From NCBI GenBank assembly GCA_963816395.1, contig CAWFKQ010000005.1, positions 128,001-192,000 of the forward strand: a DNA stretch of 64,000 nucleotides, in the 5' to 3' direction. This stretch comes from an uncultured delta proteobacterium (GTDB lineage Bacteria > Desulfobacterota > Desulfuromonadia > Desulfuromonadales > JACZKF01). The notes beneath the pieces were generated by a model. That model did no database searches, was not told where the DNA came from, and saw only the letters and a program-made list of their open reading frames with translations. The translations under genes and the position numbers were made by a program. Of this stretch, positions 33,608-44,242 are shown in pieces (within the stretch, counting starts at the first letter, position 1; every line of letters begins with the position of its first letter).

Positions 33608-35989
33608 TCAGCCGCGGAACGCACCGGGCCGAATCGGTACGGCAACGGCTTCCCCGCGCCGCAGGGCGATCTCCCGACCCTGGTGGGTGATGACCAGTTC
33701 CGTTCCGGATTTCAGCAGATAGGTGGCGCTTTCCGCCTCCACCAGCACCTCCAGGCTCTGGCCCCGGATCTCCAAAGGGAAACGCAGGCGAGTAATCGGC
33801 GGCGGCAGGCGCGGATCGAAGGTGATTCGGCCGTTGTAATCACGCATCCCGGCCAATCCGTAAACCATCATCATCCAGGTCCCGCCCATTGAAGCGATAT
33901 GGACCCCGTCGCGGACGTTGCCGCCGTTGTCCGCCAGGTCCATGAGCATGGCGTACCGGGCATACTTCATGGCCTTGGCCGTGTCCCCCACCTCCGCGGC
34001 AACGATGGCCTGGATGCAGGCCGAAAGAGACGAATCGCCGGTGGTCAGGGGATCGTAATAATCAAAATTGCGTTTCTTTCGCTCAGCGGAGAATTCGTGT
34101 CCGAGAAGAAAAAGGGCCAGCACCACGTCGGCCTGCTTGATCACCTGGTGCCGGTAGATGACCAGGGGGTGGAAATGGAGAAGAAGGGGGAACTTGTCTC
34201 TGGGGGTATTCTCCAGATCCCAGATTTTGCCATCGAGAAAAGTATCGTCCTGGGGGTGGATGCCGAGTTCTTCATCGAAGGGGATGTACATGCGGTCGGC
34301 GGCTTTCTGCCATTCTTCCACTTCCGCCGGATCAAGCCCCGTCCTGTGCACCAGGGTGGCGTAGTGGTCCGGGTTTTCCTCCTGCATCCGCCGGACCGTC
34401 CCGGCGGCGAACCAGAGGTTTTCCCGCGCCAGCAGGTTGGTGTAAGTGTTGTTGTCGACCACGGTGTTGTATTCATCGGGCCCGGTGACGCCGTGGATGC
34501 AGAATTTGCCGTTCCGGCGTTCGGAATAGAAGCCGAGGTCGGCCCACAGCCGGGCGGTTTCCACCAGCATTTCGGCCCCCTCGCGGAACAGGAGCGATTT
34601 TTCGCCGGTGACATCCACGTACTTTTTCAGGGCGTAGATGATATCGGCATTGATGTGATACTGAGCGGTGCCGGTGGCATAATAGGCGGAAGCTTCCTCG
34701 CCGCTGATGGTGCGCCAGGGAAACATCGCGCCCTTCTGGTTCAATTCCTGCGCCCGCTCGCGGGCCCGGTCGAGCATGCTGTGCCGGAACAGCAGGAGAT
34801 TGCGGGCCAGGTGGGGGGAAGTGTAGATCAGGAAGGGCAGCAGGTAGATTTCGGTGTCCCAGAAATAATGCCCCTCGTAAGTCTGGCCAGTCAGCCCCTT
34901 GGCCGGTACGCCGGCCGCCTGCGCCCGCCCTACCGCCTGCAGGATCTGGAATAGATTCCAGCGCAGGGCCTGCTGAAGTTCGCCCTTCGGCCGCCGGGTC
35001 GAAGACGGATTCTCCTCGATCTGAACGTCGCTGCGGCTCCAGAAGTCGTCCATATACCGTTGCTGACTGGTCACCAGTGCGTCGAAGCCATGCTTCAGAG
35101 CACGATTCAATGTCCACTCCGTCCGCTCACACAGTTCCGCCGCCGGCGCACTGCCGGAGGTGTGATAGGCGATGAACTTTACCAGATGGATCGGCTTTCC
35201 AGGCTGGGCATCGACGCTTAGCACCATTTTCCCGAGGTTTTCCCCGCACTCGATTTCGAGGGAGTACGGGCACTCGGTTTCGATCACGTGATCGACGCCG
35301 CAGGCCAGGGTCATGGCGCTGTTTTTGGCCTGATGACCCAATACCATCCGACACTCGGAACCGTAGTGCAGCCGCGGCACCAGGGGCGAGCCGTTGAAGC
35401 CTCTGGCCTGGCGGGGGTCGTTCTGGCCGATCTGGTTCAGTTGGTTGCCCGCTAGCTCGGAGGAGATCACCACTGGCGCCTCGGCATTGAGCACGGTCAC
35501 CTGGTAGGAGATGGCCGCCAGGTGCCGGTGTTCAAAGGAAACCAGCCGCCGGGACTCGATGAAGACCTGCTTGCCGCTGGGCGTCTCCCAAAGCAGTTTG
35601 CGGTCGAGAGTCCCCGCCTGCATGTCGAGGGTTCGCTCGAAGAGCATCAGGCTGGCATCCGGCAGATGGAACGGCTCGTCATCGACGAATAGACGGATGG
35701 TTTTGGCGTCAGTCACGTTCAGCATGGTCTGGCCGGTCTTGGCGAACCCATAGGCATTTTCGCCGTAGATGATGGGCCAGGTCTCATGGAACCCGTTGAT
35801 GAAGGTGCCGTTCTGGAACGAGGGTCGCCCTTCTTCGAAATTGCCCCGCATCCCCAGATAGCCGTTACCGATGGAGAAGATGGTTTCGGTCTGGGCAAGA
35901 AAGCGGGGATAGAAGGACGTCTCGATGATTTTCCACTCGTTGACGGGGTAGATGTGCGGCGGCGGATTCAGGGTTTTATGGCGGATCAT
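33608..35989 (-). CDS. glycoside hydrolase family 65 (trehalose/maltose/kojibiose phosphorylase-like)
   Basis: FSIGNGYLGMRG, KGLTGQTYEGHYFWDTE, GAMFPWRT, GPDEY, KQADV, DSSLS. Confidence 0.93.
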   Translation of the reverse strand: MIRHKTLNPPPHIYPVNEWKIIETSFYPRFLAQTETIFSIGNGYLGMRGNFEEGRPSFQNGTFINGFHETWPIIYGENAYGFAKTGQTMLNVTDAKTIRLFVDDEPFHLPDASLMLFERTLDMQAGTLDRKLLWETPSGKQVFIESRRLVSFEHRHLAAISYQVTVLNAEAPVVISSELAGNQLNQIGQNDPRQARGFNGSPLVPRLHYGSECRMVLGHQAKNSAMTLACGVDHVIETECPYSLEIECGENLGKMVLSVDAQPGKPIHLVKFIAYHTSGSAPAAELCERTEWTLNRALKHGFDALVTSQQRYMDDFWSRSDVQIEENPSSTRRPKGELQQALRWNLFQILQAVGRAQAAGVPAKGLTGQTYEGHYFWDTEIYLLPFLIYTSPHLARNLLLFRHSMLDRARERAQELNQKGAMFPWRTISGEEASAYYATGTAQYHINADIIYALKKYVDVTGEKSLLFREGAEMLVETARLWADLGFYSERRNGKFCIHGVTGPDEYNTVVDNNTYTNLLARENLWFAAGTVRRMQEENPDHYATLVHRTGLDPAEVEEWQKAADRMYIPFDEELGIHPQDDTFLDGKIWDLENTPRDKFPLLLHFHPLVIYRHQVIKQADVVLALFLLGHEFSAERKKRNFDYYDPLTTGDSSLSACIQAIVAAEVGDTAKAMKYARYAMLMDLADNGGNVRDGVHIASMGGTWMMMVYGLAGMRDYNGRITFDPRLPPPITRLRFPLEIRGQSLEVLVEAESATYLLKSGTELVITHQGREIALRRGEAVAVPIRPGAFRG

Positions 35990-35990
35990 T

Positions 35991-36749
35991 CTACGCCTCC
36001 AGCAGTTCGGCAAGGTCATTGACCACGATGTCGGCGCCGTTGTTCCGGAGTTCATCGGGATTCCCTTCCCTGTCCACCCCGATCACCAGGCCGAAGCGGC
36101 CGGCGCGGCCGGCGCGGACGCCGCTGATCGCGTCCTCGACAACGACGGCTCTGGCCGGTGCCACCTGCAGAAGCTCGGCGGCCTTCAGGAAGGTATCGGG
36201 GGCCGGCTTGCCAGCCAGTCCGAGTCTTTCCGCAACCAGCCCGTCAATGCGCAAGTCGAACAAATCGCCGATTCCGGCCGCCGCCAGAACTGCCTCGCAG
36301 TTCTTGCTGGCCGAGACCACGGCCGTCTTCAGCCCGGCCTGGCGCACCTGGCGAAGCAGCGCCAGCGATCCCTCGAACACCCCGATCCCCTGGGTTTCCA
36401 GGACATCCTTGACCATGGCGTCCTTGCGGTTGCCCAGGCCGCAGACGGTGTTCCTTTCCGGCGGATCGTCGGGGCTGCCCGGCGGCAGGTGGATGCCCCG
36501 CCCTTCGAGAAAACTCCTGACGCCATCGTAGCGGAGCTTGCCATCCACATAGCGTTTGTAGTCACTGTCGAGATCGAACGGCTGGTAGATTTCATTCTTC
36601 GCCAGGGATCGTTTCTGCAGGAATTCGTCAAACATCCGTTTCCAGCAGACGGCATGGATGCTCGCCGTCGCGGTAAGTACACCGTCAAGGTCAAAGAGCA
36701 CCGCATCGAAACGTTGGCACAGGGTTTCCCCACTCGATTTTTCTGTCAC
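35991..36749 (-). CDS. beta-phosphoglucomutase family HAD hydrolase
   Basis: LFDLDGVLT, YVDGKLRYDGV, VSASKN, GKPAPD, VEDAISG; adjacent to GH65. Confidence 0.9.
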   Translation of the reverse strand: MTEKSSGETLCQRFDAVLFDLDGVLTATASIHAVCWKRMFDEFLQKRSLAKNEIYQPFDLDSDYKRYVDGKLRYDGVRSFLEGRGIHLPPGSPDDPPERNTVCGLGNRKDAMVKDVLETQGIGVFEGSLALLRQVRQAGLKTAVVSASKNCEAVLAAAGIGDLFDLRIDGLVAERLGLAGKPAPDTFLKAAELLQVAPARAVVVEDAISGVRAGRAGRFGLVIGVDREGNPDELRNNGADIVVNDLAELLEA

Positions 36750-36969
36750 CTGATCTCCTTCTTTTTTTCTTGTACATCCGCAATTTCAATTACTTTACCC
36801 CAAACATATCCCGGATTAAGGATAAAGATCAACCCGTGGCGTGTCCGGGCGATGAGGGGATTGAGAGGCGCTGTTCGACTCGAGGCAATTTTGCCGATTG
36901 CCGACGACCGAAAGGCATTTTTCTGCACACTGCCTTGACTTTGCCGGATGACCTGATCAAATGATTTTA

Positions 36970-36983
36970 TGTTAGCGATAACA
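36970..36983. promoter_or_regulatory. near-palindromic LacI/GalR-type operator candidate
   Basis: TGTTAGCGATAACA between the divergent beta-PGM/GH65 and ATPase genes. Confidence 0.35.
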
Positions 36984-36999
36984 AATTAAAGGTAGGGAT

Positions 37000-38298
37000 A
37001 TGGCCGAGGCACCCATCCAGGAATTGTCGACGCCCGTCAATGTGAGTGAAGGGATCGAGCCGATCCCTCCGGCAGCGCCGCGCACGGTAGAGGAAACGGG
37101 TCTGGAGCTCTCCTTCATCGCCGAACTCATCCTCAAACAGGTCCTTTTTACCGGCGAGTTCACCCTTGCCGACGTTTCGGCCAGCACCGCCCTGCCGGTG
37201 TCGGTGGTCGATGCGGCAGTCGAAGTGCTGCGGCGGGAGAAGCTGGTGGAGGTCAAGGGGACCGCCCGCTATCTGAAGACCACCTACCGGTTCGGGCTGG
37301 CCGAGCTCGGCCGGGCCCGGGGCAGCGAACTGATGGAGATCTGCCGCTATACCGGTCCGGCGCCGGTTACCCTGGCAAGTTACTGTCAGCAGGCTTCCCG
37401 CCAGAGAGTTCAGCACATCACCGTCACGCCGGAGGAAGTTCGCCGGGCATTTGCCGGGCTGGTTCTGGAGGACGGCTTGCCGGCTCGCCTGGGCCCGGCT
37501 ATCGGTGCCGGCAAGCCAATTTTCCTTTACGGTCCCTCTGGGAACGGCAAAACCACCGTAGCCGAGAAAATTGGCGAACTCCTGCCGGGTATCATCATTG
37601 TGCCGCATGCATTGCTGGTCGGCGGGCAGATCATCACCGTCTTCGATCCGGTCACCCACCGAAAGACCTCCGCCGCCGAACCGGGAGACCGGCGCTGGGT
37701 GCCGGTCCGGAGGCCGGTGCTCAAGGCCGGTGGCGAACTCACCCTGCGCCTGCTGGATCTCGAATTCAACGCCATCGCCAAATTCTATGAAGCGCCGTTG
37801 CAGGTCAAAGCCAACCACGGCCTGTTCATTATCGATGATTTCGGCCGTCAGCCCATCGACCCGCAAGAACTGCTGAACCGCTGGATCGTCTCGCTCGATC
37901 GCGGCATCGATTTCCTTTCCCTGCACACCGGGATGAAATTTGCCATCCCCTTCGACCAACTGGTGATATTCGCGACCAACCGCCATCCGCACACCATGAT
38001 CGATGATGCTTTTCTGCGGCGCATCCGCTATAAGATCCGCATCGACCGGCCGAGCGAGCAGGCTTTCGGACTTATCTTTCGCCAGGTCTGCGAGAAACGC
38101 GGCGTTCCCTTTGAATCGGCCGCGGTCGAATATCTTCTCGAGCACTATTTCCGTCCCCTGGAAGTTCCCCCCGACGCCTGCCATCCGCGCGACATCGTCG
38201 AGCAGGTCCTCGACCGCGCCGCCTTCCTGCGGCAACCGCCCCGACTGAACCGGGAGGCCCTCGATGCCGCCTGGGAGAGTTATTTCGTCGCGAAATGA
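37000..38298 (+). CDS. AAA+ ATPase of unknown function
   Basis: LYGPSGNGKTT, YEAPLQVKAN, FIIDDFGRQ, IFATN, AFLRRIRYKI. Confidence 0.85.
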   Translation: MAEAPIQELSTPVNVSEGIEPIPPAAPRTVEETGLELSFIAELILKQVLFTGEFTLADVSASTALPVSVVDAAVEVLRREKLVEVKGTARYLKTTYRFGLAELGRARGSELMEICRYTGPAPVTLASYCQQASRQRVQHITVTPEEVRRAFAGLVLEDGLPARLGPAIGAGKPIFLYGPSGNGKTTVAEKIGELLPGIIIVPHALLVGGQIITVFDPVTHRKTSAAEPGDRRWVPVRRPVLKAGGELTLRLLDLEFNAIAKFYEAPLQVKANHGLFIIDDFGRQPIDPQELLNRWIVSLDRGIDFLSLHTGMKFAIPFDQLVIFATNRHPHTMIDDAFLRRIRYKIRIDRPSEQAFGLIFRQVCEKRGVPFESAAVEYLLEHYFRPLEVPPDACHPRDIVEQVLDRAAFLRQPPRLNREALDAAWESYFVAK

Positions 38299-38600
38299 TC
38301 CTGAGCTGACGACATTTCTCGGAAAACCATTCTATTTCTTGGAAATCACTCTATCTAATATTTTCGCATTGGAAATCGTCTTTCGGCTTCTTCCCGGAGA
38401 ATCTGGATCGGATAGTCGTTCCCTCGCCTTCCATGGAGGAAAGGACGGGCTTCATGTAATTTTGTCTTGCAAATAGCTTGGAGTAGGTTATTAGGAAGGC
38501 ATAATATCCCTGCTGTCATTGGTTTTTCGGGAGGCGCCGAACGGGCAGAATACCGCTTCAGGAGGCATTGGGCAGGGACAAACGCAAAAGGAGGCAAGGA

Positions 38601-39343
38601 ATGAAGAAGTTGGCGATAACCTTGAGTTTACTGTCTCTGGTCTTTTTCCTGGGCGCTTGCCAGCAGAAGGAGGGGACCAAAGGCCCGGGAGCACAACCAG
38701 AGACGAAGAGTGGTTCAGCGCAGCAGCAGCCCGCCGGGGAACCCGCCACCCAGCAGCCAGCCGCCCAACCGGGGACGGCGGAGAAAGAATCGGCGCAGCC
38801 GCCTGCCGAGCAGAAGCAATCGGCCGCGGAGCCCTCGACAACGACGGGGCAGCAAACGGCACAGCAGCAGCCGTCCGGTGAAATGGGTGGGCAGCCGCTC
38901 AGCGCCGGGTCTACCGGGAAGCCCGCCGCCGGCCCCGGGACCCGAGGCGCAGCAACCCGCCGGGCAACAGGAGATGGGCGGGCAGCAACAAGGGCCGGTG
39001 AGCAACAGGCGGACGGAGCAGCAGCAGGCGGCCGGACAACAGCAGGGCGCGACGGAGCAGCAGCAAACGGCACAGGAAGGCCAGTCCGCAGAGCACATGG
39101 GACAGGCCCCCCCATTCGGCAATGCTCCGGAGACCATCACCTTACAGGCTAAAAACGGCAATGTGACCTTCCCTCACAAGATGCACGGCGAATATGATGG
39201 CCTGCTCGACCTGCCACGGTGAAAAAGGTCCCGGCAAGATCGAAGGGTTCGGCAAGGACAAGGCGCACGAGCTTTGCCGCGGCTGCCATCAGAAAAGAGG
39301 TGCAGGCCCGACCAAGTGCACGGATTGCCACAAGAAAACTTGA
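38601..39343 (+). CDS. lipoprotein with long Gln/Pro/Gly-rich linker and C-terminal triheme cytochrome c7 (PpcA-like) domain; frameshifted
   Basis: Lipobox FLGAC; low-complexity linker; AKNGNVTFPHKMH, then shifted frame CSTCH-GEKGPGKIEGFGKDKAH-ELCRGCH-QKRGAGPTK-CTDCH-KKT-stop. Confidence 0.85.
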
Positions 39344-39347
39344 AATT

Positions 39348-40395
39348 TCAGGTCATGGAACCCTTCCCAAGCCCCGCCCAGGCGGGGCTTTTCTTTGCCC
39401 TCCCCTGCTGCTGCTTCGGGTGATCCATTCTCGCCAATAATTCTTCGATATCGCGGGCGTCCATCCTGTTGCTCACCCCGATCCGCGGCAGCATGCTTAT
39501 ATCGGATTGACGACAGATATGGCCTGGCTCTGCCAACAGAATCGTCTGAAAAGAATTGGCCTTGAGCATTTCGACATGGCTGTCGTTGAAATCGCGGCGG
39601 GTACCGTTCGGATAGGCCCAGAATGTTGTACGCCGGGAGAGATGCCTATCCAGCGCAGACCGGCAATCGACGATCTCCCGCAAGGCTTGCGTGGCGTCGA
39701 GACGGGAAAGGATCGAATGGTTGGCCGTGTGGCCGCCAAACGAGACCAACCCTTCCGCTTCCATATCCTTCACGTCCTGCCAGCGCAGGGGCAGCCACTC
39801 CTGGAAAAGCGGATCCGTCTCCCTGTAGCCAACCCCGAGCATTTCTTCCAGTTCGGCCACCTTTTCCGGAATCCTGTAAGGATGGATTTCTTTTACGGCA
39901 TTCTTGATGTCTGTCAAAAGCTGCCCTTCGCGCCTCCCGGGTCTCCAGGTCCAGATGGCCGAATGAGGCGGTTTCCAGGGACTGCCGTTCCGTCCGCATC
40001 ACCTGGTAGGCAATTTTTTCAGGCCAGAACAATTCGGAACGATCCATATAAGCAGTGCTGAGGAAAACAGTTGCCGGAATGCGATATCTTTGCAGAATCG
40101 GATAAGCCCTGGTGAAATTGTTCCGGAATCCATCATCGAAGGTCACGGCAACCGAGTATTTCGGCAGCCTGCCGTTCAGGATGCCCTGGGTCATTTCCTG
40201 AAGGGAAATGACATTGGCTTCTTTATGGAGGAGAGCCATATGTTCGGCAAATAGTTGCAGAGGGAGATGGGTCCACATGGCAAAAGGGAGCGGCACATCG
40301 ACAATGCTGTGATAAGTCAGAATGGTGCCGAAATTCCGATTCAGGAACCGATGTATTTCTGTTTTGAATTTCTTCTTCCAGTCCCGCAGATTCAT
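39348..40395 (-). CDS. polysaccharide deacetylase (CE4), frameshifted near 39910
   Basis: ILTYHSI, VTFDDGFRNN, PATVFL; second frame FGGHTANH.IL, WAYPNG, LPRI. Confidence 0.85.
39369..39396 (+). terminator. intrinsic terminator
   Basis: AAGCCCCGC-ccag-GCGGGGCTT followed by TTCTTT, after the cytochrome stop. Confidence 0.7.
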
Positions 40396-40477
40396 ATCGC
40401 CGCTCCTCAAAAGTAATTTGAGCTATAACTCTCAGATTCATAATATCGTTGGGCTCCCGCAATGATTGCGAAGTCAA

Positions 40478-41519
40478 TCAGTAACGATCGGTATCGCCGA
40501 GAGAAAAAGCCCAGGACTGAGCATTTCTGGTATCAAGCAGGTCATTACTGGCCTTGGAGGCCAGAACCATCAAGCCGAGCTTGCTGGGCTCTCTGCTGAA
40601 GCACATGGATGAAAAACATCGACTGGCCCAGGATTCAGACAGGTGCGAAGTACATGAACAACAACCGTGATTGGCAAAATATTCCAGGCAGGCATTGATA
40701 GCGCCGCGGGCGGCCAAGTGGTCTCCAGGTCGGGCGAGCAGTTCGAGAATGATGCCGTGGTTTGGCACCGTGCGAGTTCCTGTTCGGAAATAATTCCTGC
40801 CACCGCCAGGCTGCGCAATTTTGCCATCCCGGCTCAAGAGAATAAATCGGTAATCGATTGAGGGGTATTGTTCATAACGCCACTTCAAATATTTGACATC
40901 TTTTACGACGGAAACCTCCAGAGAGGGAGCGATATCATCCCACAGACTCTGATATGAATCAGGCAGCTTCGGAGTGATCTCTATCTGGTAAGGCAGCGGA
41001 CAGGCTATTTTTCTGATGGCCTTACGGGTTACGGCCTTCAGATGGGATGGAAGACCTCTTACGCCTGCTTATCCCCGAAGGGATAAAAGCGCTGACCTGG
41101 ACCAGGCTGGTACTCAGGTCCGCATAGCCCAGTTTGGCAAAAAGACGTTGTGCGGAAGGAGACAGGTTGGTCCCTATATTCAAGGGCGATTCGGCCAGCA
41201 TGGTCTTGAGCAGCCGGAGGGCGGGAAGCCCCAGATATTCCCGCTCGACGAAATAATCCGCGCCGAAAAAACCAACGCAACCGCCCTTCCCGACCTTGAT
41301 GCGGGTGGGCACGGCGGCAACACTGCCCACAATTCTCCCCTCGGACTTAAGCAACCATACCGGCAGGGAACCGCCCGTCTCCGGGTTGGCGAGGTAAAGC
41401 CAGCGCCAGCGCGCCTGGTCCATCTGCTTTCTGTTCTCAGGAAAGGTTTTCCTCCTGAATTCAAACAAGGCATCAATCTCAGACGCTTCCATGCGGGATA
41501 TGGAAAAATTCTTTGTCAT
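40478..41519 (-). CDS. GNAT-fold acyltransferase-like protein, frameshifted
   Basis: RWRWLYLANP, RIVG, DYFVEREYLG; C-terminal half KWRYEQYP..WAFSLGDTD typical of EPS-locus GNAT proteins. Confidence 0.6.
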
Positions 41520-42726
41520 GGGTGGGCCGCTCGTTTAAAGGGTTTGCCTTTTCCTTGAAGAGGTGGAAAAGCTTGCCTGTTTCAGTCGATAAGTTGAAAA
41601 ATTCCTGCACCTTTTGCCGGTTTTTCAGACCTATTTGCTCTTTTTCGGTCTGAGAGAGCCCGGCAATTTTCTGTACGGCATCCGCCAGCGCGTTCGGTTG
41701 ACAAGCCTCGACCAGCAACCCGTTTTCGCCACTGGTAACCAGTTCGGGGATCCCGCCGACGTCAGTCGCCACGACAGGCAAGCCCACTGGCCATCGCCTC
41801 CATCAAGACTACCGCCAGCCCTTCCGAATGACTGGGCAGGACAAAAACCGAACTTTTCGCATAAATCTCCGGCGAGTTTCTCATTGGGGAGGGCGCCGGC
41901 AAAATGTACACAGGCATTGAGCCCAAGATTTTCAACCTGGCTTCTGGAGGGCCTGCCGCAGCTCTCCATCCCCGACGATCAGGCATTCAAATTTCACCTG
42001 CCGTTCCCGCAACAGAGAACAGGCCGCGATGAGATCGTTGATCCCCTTGACCGGGTGCAGGCGGGCAACGCAAAGAATTTTCAGAATGCCCGGCAATACG
42101 GGGGCAAGTTGATAATCGGCCAAAGGAATTCCGCACCGGATTACCGCCAGTTTTTGGGGATCGATATGGTAATTCTGCCGCACCACCGTCCGGATTTTTT
42201 CTGAAACGCAGATGACCAGGTCCGCATCAGCCAATACTGCACCGAGATTCTTATAGGGAGAAACGAGGATGTCACTGCCGTGCAGAGTGACCGAAAACGG
42301 CAGGCCAAGCAGGCGACTGGCGAGCCATCCGACCAGCATCCCCTGCCGGCCGAAATGGCAATGGATGCGCTGGGCGCCTGATTCCCGGATCAGCCGGCCA
42401 TAGAGTGGAAGCTGCCGGAAAATGTACCGCAACGGTGGCAGGCCAGCGGACCGGGCGCATGTATGGGTCGCCAGATAGGAGTTTGGTCTGGCAATAAACG
42501 TCGACAAATGTCCGACCGCCTTTCCGACTCTGGTTACCGCCAGATCGGGGCACCAATAGCAGCGGGTCCGGAGTTGTCTGTTAAGTGCATGATCAACGAC
42601 ATCTTGCGGTTTTTGCAGGGAGAGCATGGTGATATTTGCCCCGAGTTGCTCGAGGCCAGCCAACTCCCTGGATATGAAAATCTGAGAAACTGCCGGGAAA
42701 ATGTCGGTAATGTAAAAAAGATGCAT
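41479..42726 (-). CDS. GT4 glycosyltransferase (WcaL-like), frameshifted
   Basis: FPAVSQIFISRE, IHCHFG, TLHGSDI, VARLHPVKG, SEGLAVVLMEAMA, VATDVGGIPELV. Confidence 0.85.
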
Positions 42727-43012
42727 AAAATTTCAGGGGTCCGGAAAAAGCCGCTAATAGCTGCTGCACCTCGGTCAATGTTTAATTAGCTTAATTTTAC
42801 CTCCATATCTACCCTGCGCAACAAGCCCCCGTCTCCCCTCTTCCTCTTCGTCTACTCCGTCCCTCTCTTCTTCTGAACATTCCCTCGCAAAATCAATAGC
42901 CTGCAAAAAGACGGAGGCCGCGAACATTTTTGGTCCTCGTCATCCCTCAACTAGCCCTTCCCTCCTGCGTAAAATTCCTTCCGGATTCAAGGATTTTCAA
43001 TATTTACCTGGA

Positions 43013-43028
43013 TGGCATATGGATTGCT
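43013..43028 (+). promoter_or_regulatory. sigma54 (-24/-12) promoter candidate
   Basis: TGGCAT-ATGGA-TTGCT, exact GG-N10-GC spacing. Confidence 0.6.
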
Positions 43029-43194
43029 GTTGATTGATATTGGCAATACCTTGAATTTATCTTAATTTTTTTCTTTTAAAACTAGTTTATGACCATAAAA
43101 TGTGTCTTTGTTGCATCACTTGTGCAGACTAAAAGACACGGTCATAAATTTCACTTTCCTTCAATAAATCAATAATTTTCGAAATTTATCGAGT

Positions 43195-43210
43195 TGGTAT
43201 GGAGATTGCC
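43195..43210 (+). promoter_or_regulatory. second sigma54 promoter candidate
   Basis: TGGTAT-GGAGA-TTGCC, GG-N10-GC spacing, upstream of the FN3 gene. Confidence 0.5.
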
Positions 43211-43381
43211 TTAAGGGCTGTCATCGTTTTCGATTTCTGCAATTTATTGAACCATTAAATTATCAAAATAAAAATAATTTTGAAGGGTGGTGATTATTTA
43301 AAGTTTGTAAGAAAAAAATTTTTGTAATGGAAAATAAATTCAACACATAAATAAATGACAAACAGAATTTAAGGACGGAAA

Positions 43382-44242
43382 ATGATAAAAAAAATATGCT
43401 TCTTGTTTCTATTAGTGAGTTTCTTCCATCTTGTCGGCAACAATGCCTTTGCTAAAGACATCACTCTGGCATGGGACGCAAGTACCGACGCCGATGTCGC
43501 CGGCTATCACGTCTATTACAAAGTCAATTCCTCTTCGCAGCCGTTCGACAGCACCGACGCTATCGAAGGCGATTCTCCGATCGACGTCGGCAACCAACTG
43601 ACGACCACCCTTACGGGCCTGCCGGATGGCGCAGGTCGTCTATTTCGCGGTTACCGCCTACAATTCCGCGGGGCAGGAAAGCTCCTACTCCAACGTGGTC
43701 GCCAGCGAATGGGTACCGCAACTGAACTACCCGGCGAATGGCGATGCTGTCGCCCCGAATGAAGTGACTTTCAGTTGGGGAGCCGCTCCGTCCGGCACCG
43801 ATGTGACCTATACGCTTAGCTACGGAACCGATCCATCCCTGAAGCCGGCCGGTTTGGCCTCTACCACCTCCGCGAATTCTGCGATGCTGGCCGGCGGCGC
43901 CTTCATGGGTCTTCTCGGACTCGGCCTGGCATCCCGCCGCCGGATGCACAAGGTCCTGCTCCTCGCACTGCTGGCGACCCCCCTCTTCTTCTACGGCTGC
44001 GGCGGTGGCGGCGGTGGTGGCGGTGGCGGGAGCGATTCCGCCCCCCCCAAAATGTCAGCGACGGCTCCTCCGCCACGACCACCCCTGGAACTGTCCAGGT
44101 GGTCTCGAACCTCACCGATACCACCTATACCGCCTCGAATCTCCAGCCCTCCACCCAGTACTACTGGAAGGTCGTCGCGACGGATGCCAAGGGGAACTCC
44201 TACGAGAGCGTCAGCGGGAGTTTTACGACCGATAAATTCTAA
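43382..44242 (+). CDS. secreted fibronectin type III protein with internal TM hairpin/lipobox; two frameshifts (about 43630 and the C-run at 44041)
   Basis: Signal peptide AFA|KDITLAWDAS..AGYHVYY..LTGL..YFAVTAYN..ESSYSN; second FN3 half VTFSW..YTLSYG; TM-RRR-TM-FYGC-G10; final frame NLQPSTQYYWKVVATD..SFTTDKF-stop 44242. Confidence 0.75.

Noticed and set aside
38700..39100. CAG-rich repeats as a tandem repeat or CRISPR-like array
   Set aside because: They encode the Gln-rich linker; there is no constant repeat with unique spacers and no cas genes.
44041..44048. C-run (and the G-run at 6542-6550) as phase-variation or programmed frameshift sites
   Set aside because: Cannot be distinguished from the window-wide indel noise.
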